From Octopus sinensis (lineage: Eukaryota), in NCBI RefSeq assembly GCF_006345805.1, contig NC_043013.1, forward strand, positions 48,422,001-48,486,000: a stretch of 64,000 nucleotides of DNA, in the 5' to 3' direction. This document shows, one piece after another, positions 1 to 13,171 of the stretch. The notes beneath the pieces were generated by a model. The model searched no databases, was not told the origin of the DNA, and saw nothing but the letters and a program-made list of their open reading frames with translations. Each line of letters begins with the position of its first letter. Position 1 is the first letter of the stretch. Position numbers and translations under genes: made by a program.

Positions 1-727
1 GCTAAGGGTCGTACCACTTCACCCAGCTTTGCCCAGGCTGACAACACAGGAAATATTTGGATTACTAGGAAGTTTCCAGACAAACATTAGGCAAAGTATG
101 AGACTAAGTAACCCACACAACTTTATTTTGTCTTTCAGAAAGCTTCTTTGGATTTCTGCTTAAACAGTGGATTACAAATTTGGTGAAAAAAAAGGAAAGA
201 AGATATTTACAAACGGAATGTTTTGAATCTCATTTCTCTATTTAACCCTAAACCCACATACCAACCCTAAACTCTAAAACTTAACCTCACCCTACAATAC
301 TAATCCAAAATCCTCGACCCAAACCTACTGTTAAGCTAAATCTCCTGTGTTTAAGTTTTTAGCATTTAAACAGGCCATATCCAGCTGAAATATTCTACAT
401 GTTCTATGTTCAAACCAGCCAGATCCAGTCTCTCACACCTATCTTACAATGTCATTCTAAAGACATACAATCACATCATTGAAATCTCAAAGCTACAATG
501 CATGGTTAATCCAAAACAATGTGGATAAATAAGCATTACACTTGACAGAGTATTCTGAATACTAAAGGGTTAAAACAGAATTCTGAAAAAAATTTCCAGA
601 ATTGCTCAAAAACAAAATGTTTTGGCTGGTTGCATTCTCCCTGTCAAATAAAGGGAAATCCAAAATAATTTTTGAAATATATATATATAAAAGTAAAAGA
701 TGATCTTGAGATCAAAACTCATTGGGG

Positions 728-923
728 TACTCTTTTACTTGTTTCAGTCATTTGATTGCAGCCATGCTGGAGCATCACCTTTAGTCGGGCAAATCAACCC
801 AGAACTTTGTAAGCCTAGTACTTATTCTATCAGTCTCTTTTGCTGAACCGCTAAGTTACAGGGATGTAAACACACCAGCATCGGTTGTCAAGCGATGGTT
901 TGGGTACACAAACATACACCCAC

Positions 924-959
<36 letters not shown>

Positions 960-1124
960 CGACGGGCTTCTTTCAGTTTCCGTCTACCAAATCCACCCAC
1001 AAGGCTTTGGCTGGCCCAAGGCTATAGTAGAAGACACTTGCCCAAGGGGCCACGCAGTGGGACTGAACCCGGAACCATGTGGTTGGTAAGCAAGCTACTT
1101 ACCACACAGCCACTCCTATGCCTA
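728..1124 (-). mobile_element. SINE family A (internal (TA)n/(TG)n tract)
   Basis: Head ggagtggctgtgtggtaagtagcttgc, tail gactgaaacaagtaaaagag; more than 12 copies in the window. Confidence 0.88.
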
Positions 1125-1292
1125 TGGGGTAGTTCATAGTTTCTTCAGGATAGAAAACAGTTCCTACCTTAGAAAACAGTTTCCTCACTATACAACTGTT
1201 GGTTCACAACACTTAATCCCCAGAGTTTTTATCCCAAGCAGTGGCTGGAATTTTGGTTAGTATAAGCATGTATGGTGAGGGTGTGTGCATAC

Positions 1293-1336
<44 letters not shown>

Positions 1337-1842
1337 ACGGACACGTGTTAGGTGTGTGTTGTATCATCATAAGTAAAAATTCTCAACCAATATTTTTCAC
1401 TACTAAGTAAGTTTCTTTGTTTTGCTATTAACCCCTCAGAGACCTAGTGATCCCCATCTCTATTTTTCCATCCCTATCTTACTTACTCCATATTCTCTTA
1501 GCATGCTACCCACATGTGGTCCTTGGATCTGTTTGCCAATTAGAACACACAAACACCAACAAAGTTACTGTACTGACCACTCTCTTTCTCTCTCTTAAAT
1601 ATGTAATGTAATAATTCACACAAGGCCCTGCAATCCATCCATCCATTTTTTCATTCATAATTCCTATTGTAGCCAGCTGTAGAACTTTTCCTTTAGACTG
1701 TATTAACATTTTCATCATAAACATGTACAGTTTTGAGCATTTTCAATCTGTTTTCTCTCTCATAACTCATTTGTATTCAACAGAACAAATTTTCTTTTAG
1801 AATGGATGTATCTAAGACCTGTATTAAAAACCCACAAACATT

Positions 1843-1992
1843 ATGGGTGCAGGTGTGCCTGTGTGGTAAGAAGTTTGTTTCCTATCCACATGGGTCAGTC
1901 CCAATACAAGGGCAAGTGCCTTCTACTATAACTTCAGGCCAACCAAAGCCTTGAGATTAGATTTGGTAGGCAGAAACTGAAAGAAGCCCAAC

Positions 1993-2051
<59 letters not shown>

Positions 2052-2455
2052 GGGAATATTATTCCAAACTTACATGGAAAAATCCAATTTAGTAATACTA
2101 AATCAAATTTCACAATACATAATATATATATATAAATTAGAGAAAAACCACCATGTAGCAATTCAACAATGATATAATTAAATTATACAATATAGAAAAA
2201 AATTAAATATAGAATAAAACATATACCAATAATTAAATAAAGTACAAAATAAATAAATAGTATATAATTGGTAAAAAGACTACACATGTAACTCTTTGTG
2301 TCTGTGTCCCTCACCACTGCATGACAATCAGTAGTGGCATGTATACACCTCCATAACTTAGCAGTTCAGCAAAAAGAATTGGATAGAATAAGTATCAGGT
2401 TTAAAAAAAATACTGAGCTGCAGCCTTAATGATTGAAACCAGTAAAAAAGATATC
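1843..2455 (+). mobile_element. Diverged SINE A variant, halves separated by (TA)n, (TAA)n and AT-rich DNA
   Basis: Head at 1843-2000, 3' half at about 2295-2455. Confidence 0.65.
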
Positions 2456-2589
2456 ATTTCCTAGTTCTGAGTTAGTTTCTTTTTTCTATCAACCTCTCAA
2501 AGACTTATTCCATCTATATTTTCCCATCCACTTTTCACCTCCCAACCACCCCAACCATCTTAATACTAGACATACACAATATCTCCCTC

Positions 2590-3245
2590 AGTTTGACCTA
2601 TGGAAGTATGCTGTGCATGAGAAGACCCGGCAGGACAAGTGAGACCATAACCCATGGCCTCTACCTGGGATGTAGCCAGTCCACTTATGCATACCTTTCC
2701 TTCTTGGGACACAAAACTCTACTTGTGAAGACCTGTTGAAGCAAGTGAGAAATCAGAATCAAAATCGAAATCGATGAACATCAATGGAAATTGTAGCTGT
2801 GATACCAGTGCCGGTGGCACGTAAGCGAACCATCCGAATGTGGCCGTTGCCAGCGCTGCCCCGACGGGCCTCCATGCCAGTAGCACTTAAAAAGCACCAT
2901 CCAATCGTGGCCGTTGCCAGCCTCACCTGGCCCCTGTGCCGGTGGCACGTAAAAAGCACCATCCAATCGTGGCCGTTGCCAGCCTCGCCTGGTCCCCGTG
3001 CCGGTGGCACATAAAAAGCACCATCCGACCATGGCCATTTGCCAGCCCCATCTGGCACCTGTGCCGGTGGCACGTAAAAAGCACCCACTACACTCATGAA
3101 GTGGTTGGCTTTAGGAAGGGCATCCAGCCGTAGAAACATTGCCAGATCAGACTGGGCCTGGTGCAGCCTTCTGGCTTCCCTGATCCCAGTTGAACCGTCC
3201 AACCCATGCTAGCATGGAAAGTGGACGCTAAATGATGATGATGAT
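2590..3245 (+). mobile_element. RTE LINE 3' end with internal tandem repeats
   Basis: Matches 35840-36392: DLWKYAV* then 3' UTR, about 5 units of roughly 60 bp (gccggtggcacgtaaaaagcacc...), (atg)n tail. Confidence 0.88.
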
Positions 3246-3512
3246 CTTTGAATATTGGAGGATCTGAACAAATGGTGGTTCAGATGAGCAGTAATATTAT
3301 ATTCCTGTAGCTGATAATGTGCAAGAGCAGTCTGCTTGCAGACAAATGTTGCTACAAACCCTTTTTTCAAATGCAGAAAGTGGTTAGCGATAGGAAGGGC
3401 CTCCAGCTTTAAAAACCATATCAAAACAGACAGTGGAGCTTAGTACAGTCCTCCGGCTTGCCAGCTCCTGTCAAGCCATCCAACCCATGCCAACATGGAA
3501 AACGGACATTAA

Positions 3513-3732
3513 CCCTTTAGTGTTTAAACCGGCCATATCTGGCACAAATATTCTACATGTTTTATATTTGAACTGGCCATATCTAGCCTCTCACACCTAA
3601 CCTACATTGACATTCTAAAAATAAACAATCACATCATTGAAACCTCAAAGCTATAAGATAATGCATGATCAATTCAAAACAATTTGAGTGAAAAAGTATT
3701 ACATTTAACAGAATAATCTGAACACTAAAGGG
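3513..3732. mobile_element. piggyBac-like MITE
   Basis: TTAA|ccctttagtgtt...aacactaaaggg|TTAA. Relatives at 355-569, 22096-22300, about 46765-46900 and 53468-54103. Confidence 0.88.
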
Positions 3733-4178
3733 TTAAATGATGATGATCATGATGTTCCTCAGCTCCCTACTCGCTCCTCCCATTCTGTACACATCCACAG
3801 GACATCCCACAATCAATGCAGACCCATTGAAAAGTAGGTCTGATGAGATTGTGAAAATACTAGAATGGAGACATAGATGTGTGCTACATGCTAGAGGTAA
3901 GATGGAGAGAAGCTTCAGCCAGACTCCTCACAGGCCAAGAACACGAGTATAAAATAAGTGTTGGGGTGTGGGCATACTTTTAGCAGAGAAATGAATGAAT
4001 AAAGTGAATGACATAGTCAGAGTGTGTAATAGGATGCTTAAGCTGGTCTTAGACTAGTCTTGGTAAACTGCCCTATTACTTCTGCCTATGCTCCTCTATT
4101 GGGACTGCTGAATGAACAAAAGGATTATCTTTATGATACCCTCTTTTGATCACCTCAATGATGAACAACAATATCATT

Positions 4179-4592
4179 GGATCTTTTCGGTTTGAACGGC
4201 AGTTTTTAACATAATTTCTAGGTAACTAAAAAATTTTAAACTTCGTATACTGGTAGAATGTGTTTATAAAACATCTTTTTCTCTTGGCTTTATTGAGAAA
4301 ATTCTATAGTTTGAAAGATATTTGTTGTTTTTTTCTTCAATTTCTGCAATTTCAACCAATCACTGACGTCCATTGAGGTAAAAAAGAACATTCTGTGCCA
4401 TATGAATATGTCCCTCGTTTAAGAAACAGATGGGTTTATTTACATTCCTGAAAAAAAAAAGATACCCTTCCCCCCACCCCCATAACCCTAAAATAGATTG
4501 AAATGCAATAGCTCAATACTAGGGTCATAATTATGGGTGACAATTTCATATGACACTGCTAGAAAAAACTGCCGTTCAAACTGAAAAGATCC
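4179..4592. mobile_element. MITE with ~28-bp TIRs (Mutator-like?)
   Basis: ggatcttttcggtttgaacggcagtttt / aaaactgccgttcaaactgaaaagatcc; flanks caatatcatt / caatatcttt. Confidence 0.85.
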
Positions 4593-4899
4593 CAATATCT
4601 TTATCTGCATGGTTAGCAGCTTCAATAGACACATTGGGGAGCATCCTGGGGAATTCCATAGTATGCATGGAGGCCATGGGTTTGGTTCCTGAAATGAGGA
4701 GGGGACAAGGATCTTGCAAATGACCTAATGATCTACAACATTAATTTCAAGAAACTAATCAGTCACTTGAAAGTCTATCAATCTGATTGGCACACAAGAC
4801 AGCCTGACTAAATCTTCATCAGAAAGTGGGACAGATGTGTGTAAATGCAGAGTCCTTCCCAGGTGAGGAATGCACCAGTCAACATAGGTTAGTTGTTAG

Positions 4900-6420
4900 T
4901 AACTCCAAACTTAGAGGTAGCAGGCCTCACACACATACAAAAGGCAGTCTGTTAAAATCCCTAACCCTTGGATAAGAAGGAAGAGGAGAAAGAGATGTAT
5001 AACACAGAGGACTACAAGAGCAACTACTGAGAACTACAGACCAAATCTGTGGCTGATGTATAGTTCCATCTAGACCGAGGGTGAGATGGTAGTGGAACAA
5101 TGAAGCAGATAGAGCCATAAAAGCTAAGGGACAGGATTGGAAGAATGGGAGTAACAGTGAATTATACCACACTGAGAAAAATATGCTAGATGACAGATAT
5201 ATTTGGCAAAGGGAGAGGTTTGCCACAATTCCACAGCATGAGGAAGAGAATCATGAGGTGTTCCAGATTGCAAAAGAGAATCAAGACTTGTAGGAGAGAA
5301 GTGTGTAAAGATGGATAACTTGCATTTAGTGACTTTGAAAAGAAAGAGACACAGAAATGCTACTACGAAAGGCAAGTAAAGATGGAAAATGTATGGGAGA
5401 AAGCAAACCTTCCAACAGAGGGACTAGCCATTCTATTTGGCAGCATTATGACAGATAAAGCAATAAAGGATATGAAAACAGGGAAATGGTCTGGTCTTTT
5501 AGGAATTACTACCATGATGCTTAAAATATCTGGTGGAGTGGAATATGGCCTAGTTCCACTAGGTTATACAGTAAGATATACCTAATGATTGGCATAGCAG
5601 CATTATAGTAAAATGGTATAGGAGTGAAGGAGATGTCTTGGAGGTGAGTAATTACAGAGGTAGCAAATATATTTCTTTATTACCTACAAGGGGCTAAACA
5701 TAGAGGGGACAAACAAGGACAGACAAAGGGATTAAGTTGATTATATCGACCCCAGTGTGTAACTGATACTTAATTTATCGACCCCGAAAGGATGAAAGGC
5801 AACGTCAACCTCGGTTGAATTTGAACTCAAAACGTAACGGCAGACGAAATACGGCTACGCATTATGCCCGGTGTACTAACGATCCTGCCAGCTCGCCGCC
5901 TTACAGAGGTAGCAAGTAACTAGACCGAATCTTGAAAGTTACGCAAAGAACTATAGCAAAACTACTTAGGAAAAGGGTGAGACTAGATAGGATGCAGTTC
6001 TGTTTTGTGCCAGAGAGAAGCACCACTGATGCTCTCTTCCGAGTGAGACAACTGCAGAAATGTTTAGCGAAAAATAAGCCACTGTACGTGGCTTTAATAA
6101 ACCTGGAGAAGGGCTCTGACAGGGCCCCTTGCTTCCTAATCTAATGGTCACTGCAGAAGCTAGGTGTAAACGAATGGCCAGTGACAGCCATTAAAGCCAT
6201 GTACAGGGATGCTATCATTAAGGTGAGAGGGTTACAGCAACAAATTTAGTGAGCAGATAGTTCACTAGGGCTTGGTTCTCACTCTCCTGCAATTCATTAT
6301 AGTCCTCCAGGACAAAACAGAAGAGTATAAGACCAACTACCAAATTCTTTTATGTTGATGGCTTTCTTTTTATCGATGATTATAGAAAAATTGCAGACGT
6401 AGAAACGAAACCCAAAATCA
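4900..6420 (+). mobile_element. Highly decayed RTE LINE fragment
   Basis: Remnants of DMKTGKWSGLLGITTMMLKI and MQFCFVPERSTTDALF; split by the SINE at 5667-5900. Confidence 0.75.
5667..5900 (-). mobile_element. tRNA-derived SINE, family C
   Basis: Head ggcggcgagctggcag...gagttcaaatt; 15-bp TSD ttacagaggtagcaa. Confidence 0.9.
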
Positions 6421-7321
6421 AAGGGCAATAACTCTTTACCATTTAGATCACTCCGTCAAATGTCATGTTTATTTCTACACATTTTGAATTAATCCTTCTC
6501 AAAAATATATGTTTGCAACTTTCATAATTTTTTATGTGCAGACTTGAAATTTTGTCACAAGGTGATTAAATACCAATTATTTACAATTGGGCATTTTCAG
6601 TAAAACCAGAGTTTGACCATGCTGCAATGTGATATTTTGAATGGCATTCTGAAGATCTCTCATCACTTATGCAATCAAAATACTCTTTCTTGTTGGACAA
6701 AATTTAGAACCTCTTACTATATACCATACTATATTGCCAATATTTCTATACTGGCAATTACCACTCTCATTCCTCTGTCACTCCCAATCAGCATTCATCC
6801 TTCTTTCTTATCATTGTCTTCATCTCATATTTACCACATCACTCCTCTTCATCTTTCACTTCATTTATCCCCAATATACATCAAACCACCTCCACCCTCA
6901 TGTTTATTCCAGCTCTCACTCCGCTCCCACACTACCCGATTCTTCTCTGTTCAAGCTCCCTTCTATCCACCCTTCCTGGACATGTTACCATTCTGGTACT
7001 TCACAACCACCATATTTACTTACATCTGGGTACCACTCCAGTCTCTTCCATCTATTCATGCAAAACGTAAGGTAGCCAGGAATCTCCACAACAGTAAACC
7101 TGTTCCTACTCTTCCCATCATACTTCTAACCATTTCACTCCTTTGATTACTATTTTATTCTGGTGGACCCATTAGCCATTCCATTTTTTAAAAACTAGTT
7201 TTATCGATACTTCTTTCCAAATTCCTATTTTGTTATTCACATATTAACTTGTGTACGTTGAACTATGTAAAATATTAAAGAAAAAAACCTAGTTGTTTCT
7301 TACAATAAGTACCAATACATA

Positions 7322-7858
7322 CATCATCATCATCATCATTTAACGTCCGCTCTCCATGCTAGCATGGGTTGGACGGTTTTGACTGAGGGCTGGCAAACCA
7401 GATGGCTGCACCAGGCTCCAGTCTTGATCTGGCAGAGTTTCTACAGCTGGATGCCCTTCCTAACGCCAACCACTCCGAGAGTGTAGTGGGTGCTTTTTAC
7501 GTGCCACCTGCACGGGGACCAGGCCAGTCAGGCGGTACTGGCAATGACCTCGCTCGAATCTTTTTACACGTGCCACCGACACAGGCACCAGTGAAGCGAC
7601 GTTGGTAACGATCATGCTCGAATGGTGCCCTTTTACGTGCCACGGGTACGGAAGCCAGTTGGCTGCTCTGGCAACGATCACAATGATCACGCTTGGATGG
7701 TGCTCTTGGCACCCTACTAGCACAGGCATAAGTGCCAGTAAGGCGACGCTGGTAATGATCATACTCGAATAGCCTCTCTGTCAACGATCACACTCGTATG
7801 GTGCTCTTTGCACCCCGCTAGCACGGATGCCAGTCATTGAAATGATTTTGATTTGAGT
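7322..7858 (-). mobile_element. RTE 3' UTR/tail fragment
   Basis: Begins catcatcatttaacgtcc; reverse complement of the tail at 25928-26357 and 38392-38889. Confidence 0.85.
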
Positions 7859-8828
7859 TCATAAATCAAACAAAATTCTTTCAGAGGCCCTTAAAATACT
7901 ACTGTGGATTCCCAATTTGCTATTTTGTTATGTGGACTGCCACCAAAAGATCTTATATGGACCCCAATTGAAAACCACTGCTTTAACCTTTTGAACACCT
8001 CACTTAAAAAACCGTTCTATTTCCTTTCCTCCTGTTTAGTCAAGAGAAGCAATTTACTCTTGCCAGTTACAAGGTAATCTCAGTAAAGCTGATGCCACAA
8101 AAAAAAAAAGAACCCAGTGTACACTATAAAATGGTCGGTGTTAGGAAGGGCATCCAGACATTGAAAGCATGCCAAAACTGGGACAGTACAACCTGTTGGA
8201 TCCTGTCAAAATGCCCAACCCATGCCAGCATGGAAAACAGATATTAACAGATATTCTACCAGCTTGCCACCTTAACAATTACTACCATATTGAGATTAAA
8301 TTCCAATATAAACATAAAAGGGTAGCATGAGATTTCATTGGTTGAATTATGTGATTTGGTTCCACTCAAATTCTACTATACTGGTGCAATTGTTTGTCTG
8401 CTCTTTGTCCACAAAGAAAATTCTGGTAATTAAAAATTTTGCTATGTACAGCATTCAGTACACCTTCCTCTGACTTTGTCGTGAAAACTCATGCCAATGA
8501 CCCTTTTGAGTTATTTTCTCTTAGTTCCTTTTCATTTATACTATGCAAATTACTCTTGGTCAAGAATGCTTACAAATTTTGCATAGATGAAAAAAAAACA
8601 ACTTTGATCTGTTCAGAAGTGTAAAAGGACGATATGCCAATGGCAGAAATGCATTTCCGTTGTTATTCTTTACAGAAACATTTTTTCTCTTAGCATTGTG
8701 AATTCACTGACATTTTTATTTTTCAGTTCTAAAATCATCCCTTCTTATCTGGAGTTGCTAACATTCACCATTTAGCTTCTATTTCCCTTTTCCTGTCCGC
8801 AAAGGAAATTTTAATAAATTAAGACTTT

Positions 8829-9161
8829 ATAGGCGCAGGAGTGGCTGTGTGGCAAGTAGCTTGTTTACCAACCACATGGTTCCAGGTTCAGTCCCACTGC
8901 GTGGCACCTTGAGCAAGTGTCTTCTACTATAGCCTTGGGCCGACCAAAGTGTGTGTGTTTGTGTGTCTGTGTTTGTCCCCCTAGCATTGCTTGACAACGA
9001 ATGCTGGTGTGTTTATGTCCCCCGTCACTTAGCGGTTCGGCAAAAGAGACTGATAGAATAAGTACTGGGCTTACAAAGAATAAGTCCCGGGATCGAGTTG
9101 CTTCATTAAAGGCGATGCTCCAGCATGGCCACAGTCAAATGACTGAAACAAGTAAAAAAAG
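8829..9161 (+). mobile_element. SINE family A (internal deletion)
   Basis: Family head and tail present. Confidence 0.85.
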
Positions 9162-9388
9162 TTATCACATATGGTATTCAGTGCAACCCCCCACTCCACC
9201 CTATCCACTTTTTTTTAAACCAAGTTTATGTCAGTGGTCCTTTTGAATTTATTTTCTCTTAGCTTCTTTCAGTTATATTTTAATATAACTATCCCTAAAT
9301 CTACGAGTTTAGATTAACAACAACAAATCCAGCTACAAACACCAAATTACAATTAACCCACTAAGGCTAAATAATCCTTCCAAAATTC

Positions 9389-10570
9389 AGATCTTTTCGG
9401 TTTGAACGGCAGTTTTTTCTAGCAGTGTCATATGAAATTGTCACCCATAGTTATGACCCTAGTATCGATCTATTGCATTTCAATCTGTTTTAAAGTTAGG
9501 GTAAGAAGTGGAAGGGAAGGGTATATTTTTTTCTTCACAAATGTAAATAAACCCAATCTGTTTCTTAAACGAGGGACATATTCATACAGCACAGAATGTT
9601 TTTTTACCTCAATAGACGTCAGTGATTGGTTGAAATTGCAGAAATTGAAGAAAAAAAAACAACAAATATCTTACAAACCATAGAATTTTCTCAATATAGC
9701 CAAAAGAAAAAGATGTTTTATAGACACATTCTACCTTGAAATCAAGAGGACAGATCCTGATGTCTACAACTCTTTCCTGCAATCAGACCTAGACACAATG
9801 CAGCAATGGATCACAGACTGGCAACTGAAACTGGCTGTGGACAAGTGTACCACCATGCATTTTGGAGAAAAAACCCTGCGTTCACTTACTCCCTCCACAA
9901 CACTGATATCAAGAAATCCTCTTGCGAGCGTGACCTAGGCATCACTGTCAGCAGTGATTTGCGTTGGTCAAAGCATATCTCTAAGATTGTCAGGAAGGCC
10001 GAGGGTGTCTTGGCATCACTCAGCAGGTCTTTTGTTAGCCCGCTCTCCAGCCATCTATTTAAAACTGTATACAGCTATGGTACGACCACACTTGGAATTC
10101 GCATCATCAGTTTGGAACCCCTATCTTGCACAGAACATTGACCTCCTGGAATCTGTCCAGAGACGTGCAACCAAACGCATACCCTCCATCAGACACCTAC
10201 CATATTCTGAGCGCCTTGTTTCCCCTGGCATGGATTCACTGAAGCTCCGGCGTTTGGCGACGGACTTGGTAAACCCCACAAAGTTATCAACCACCTCACC
10301 AACAACACACTGAACACCCTTTTGATCTCCATGTGTCTAACACACGTGGACATGCCTACAAAGTCAGAAAACAATACAGCTCCCATGACTTTCGGAAACA
10401 TTTTTTCACGCTCAGAGTTGCTGAAGCATGGAATAAACTGCCTGCGTCAGTTGTTGACTGCCATGACACTGCATCTTTTAAGGCCCTCATGCTTTCCGAA
10501 ATCCGCCGAAACTACACCTGATTATATATACACTTTAGATGAGTTGTAGTGCACCTGAGCACTGTACACA

Positions 10571-10604
<34 letters not shown>

Positions 10605-10676
10605 GTATACGAAGTTTAAAATTTTTTAGTTACCTAGAAATTATGTTAAAAACTACCGTTCAAACTGAAAAGATCC
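9389..10676. mobile_element. Same MITE family, reversed and split by a CR1 fragment
   Basis: TIRs at both ends; flanks caaaattc / caaaattc. Confidence 0.85.
9736..10600 (+). mobile_element. CR1-type LINE 3' fragment inserted in a MITE
   Basis: ERDLGITVSSDLRWSKHI, LYTAMVRPHLEFASSVWNPY, LESVQRRATKRIP, FFTLRVAEAWNKLP; (att)n tail. Confidence 0.92.
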
Positions 10677-11018
10677 CAAAATTCTGTCAGTTTCACAAAT
10701 GATCATGACTCAAATAATATACGTGCCAAAATGACTGCAAAATGTGTCTTTTCCATTCTCAGTTTCATTCAACTTTCTTAAAAATATAGTTATAGTGTAA
10801 GACCACACATATTGATGCAAGGGAGACAATTCATAACCACGTTCACTAATTATAACCAAAATCTCAACTGGCAATCTGAGTGGAAAATATTCTCACAACT
10901 TCACATATCCACCCGCAAAATCTCCAGTTTGCTGGATTGATGGGGTGTTGGAAATCAAATGCCTTCTTACATACCACTGACACTAACAGATAACAATAAA
11001 ATTTAAATTGACTGAAGA

Positions 11019-11410
11019 TACAGGCGCAGGAGTGGCTGTGTGGTAAGTAGCTTGCTTACCAACCACATTGTTCCGGGTTCAGTCCCACTGCGTGGCACCT
11101 TGGGCAAGTGTCTTCTGCTATAACCTCGGGCCAACCAAAGCCTTGTGAGTGGATTTGGTAGACGGAAACTGAAAGAAGCCTGTCGTATATATATGTATAT
11201 ATATACGAGTGTATACGCTTGTGTGTCTGTGTTTGTCCCCCAACAACTGATGCTGGTGTGTTTATGTTCCTGTAGCCTAGCGGTTCGGCAAAAGAGACCG
11301 ATAGAATAAGTACTAGGCTTACAAAGAATAAGTCCTGGGGTCGATTTGCTCGACTAAAGGCGGTGCTCCAGCATGGCCACAGTGAAATGACTGAAACCAG
11401 TAAAAGAGTA
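11019..11410 (+). mobile_element. SINE family A
   Basis: Full-length match to the family. Confidence 0.88.
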
Positions 11411-11603
11411 TTATTAACAACTGCCTTCATTGCAATACCCAGCAAAATTTTCAGATAAACTAACTCCAGGGGCAGTTCTTGACTATCAGATTATATACCA
11501 TAGAACTAAATTCTGCAGGACATAGCAGACTAAAACATGAAATATCCCAAGCAGATCTAAATAACTTTATTCCATACAGCCTAATCAATCTCACTGAAAT
11601 TAG

Positions 11604-11997
11604 TAGCTGTGTGGTAAGAAGCTTGCTTCCCAACCACATGGTTCCAGGTTCGGTCCCACAGCGTGGGGCCTTGGGTGAGTGTCTTCTACTATAGCCTCAG
11701 GCCAACCAAAGCCTTACAAGTGGATTTGGTAAACAGAAACTGAAAGAAGCCCGTAGTATATATGTGTGTGTGTGTGTGTGTCTTATTTCTGTGTTTGTCC
11801 CCCACCACTGATTCACAACCGATGTCGGTGTGTTTACATCCCTGAAACTTAGTGGTTCGGCAAAAGGACCTGATAAAATAAGCACCAATCTTAGAAAACA
11901 AATGAGTACTAGGGTCGATTCATTCAACAAAAAATTTTTCAAGGCAGTGCCCCAACATAGTCACAGTCTAATGACTGAAACAAGTAAAAGATAGAAG
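11604..11997 (+). mobile_element. SINE family A variant
   Basis: Diverged full-length copy. Confidence 0.8.
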
Positions 11998-11999
11998 AT

Positions 12000-12830
12000 T
12001 CCCATATTTGTGGTTAGAGAAATGTTGTGCATAAGAAGCATTGGATGCAGCGTGCAGGAGAGACAATTGCGTTGGTACGGTCATGTACTAAGGATGAACA
12101 AGGAAAGATGTGTGAAGAAGTGCCACTCTCAAACTGTTGAAGGAACCCAGGGTAGAAGTAGACTCAGGAAGACATGGGATGAGGTGGTCAAGCATGACCT
12201 TCGTATGTTGAGCCTCACAGAGGCTATGACGAAAGACCGAGACCTCTGGAGATATGCTGTGACTTCGAAGACCCGACAAATGAAGTGAGTTCATGGCTCG
12301 CAGGACGGCCTGCTGTGCTAACCTTGGATTGTAGAGTGACCCGCTGTTCTTGAGGATTCGGAGACCCGACAAATGAAGTGAGTTCATGGCTCGCAGGACG
12401 GCCTGCTATGCTAACCTTGGATCATAGGGTGACCCACTGTTCTTGGGGAGACCTGTTGAGTCAAGTTCGTCAACATCAAAATAAAAATTTAAATGGAAAT
12501 TGTAGTTAAGACACCTGTGCCGGTGACACGTAAAAAGCACCGTTCAAACATGGCAGATACTAGCGTTGCCTGACAGGTGTCCGTGTCGGTGACACGTAAA
12601 AGCACCAACCGATCGTGGTCGTTTGCCAGTCTGCTCTGGCTCCTGTGCCGGTGGCATGTAAAAAGCACCCACTACAGTCATGGAATGGTTGGCGTTAGGA
12701 AGGGCATTCAGCTGCAGAAACACTGCCAAATCAGACTAGAGCCTGGTGCAGCCTCCATGGCTTACCAGAGCCCAGCCGAACCGTCCAACCCATGCTAGCA
12801 TGGAAAACGGACGTTAAATGATAATGATGT
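12000..12830 (+). mobile_element. RTE LINE 3' end (second 3' UTR subtype)
   Basis: QERQLRWYGHVLRM...GRSRLRKTWDEVVKHDL...DRDLWRYAV; 93-bp duplication in the UTR; standard tail. Confidence 0.88.
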
Positions 12831-12983
12831 TGCATTATTAGATGAAACAACCAAGCATTAATTGCTGAAATCTGAATTTGTACAGATCATGCTAGAACTG
12901 AAAAATATGAGAGTAAAACTTCATTTTTCTGGGGAAAAAAATAAAAGTGAAAATATATGTTTGTATTATATGTATAGACTAAC

Positions 12984-13171
12984 CTCTTCAAGAAAGGTAC
13001 ATAAAGTTTGTGCAGCAGGTTGGTTGCCAAGATATGCCATTAGTAAACGTCTCAAAACTGCATGATTAATTCTCCTGCGGATTGACACCAGAGCTCGTAT
13101 CACACGGTACATAAAACGGGGTTCTTTTGTAACAACAGCCTTTTCAATGTGCTTCACTTGTTCTTTAATAT
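12984..13171 (-). CDS. PSMD3: PSMD3 coding exon 2
   Basis: tttcag acceptor, GAG|gttagt donor. (D)IKEQVKHIEKAVVTKEPRFMYRVIRALVSIRRRINHAVLRRL...CTFLEE matches PSMD3 [20 protein letters not shown]...FLEE. Phase joins exon 1. Confidence 0.95.

Noticed and set aside
240-345. Telomere-like aaccct repeats (also about 25680-25710 and 59085-59160)
   Set aside because: Too degenerate and short; typical repeat-internal low complexity.
885-1139. Many recurring short ORFs (MLGGQTQTH..., RLLSVSVYQIH...)
   Set aside because: Translations of SINE A copies throughout the window.
6613-7146. 177-aa ORF rich in H/L/S/P
   Set aside because: No recognisable domain; it looks like the antisense of an old purine-rich LINE remnant.
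1-12983. PSMD3 exon 3 (PMDTE...LLPEV)
   Set aside because: No matching peptide found; it is presumably left of the window.
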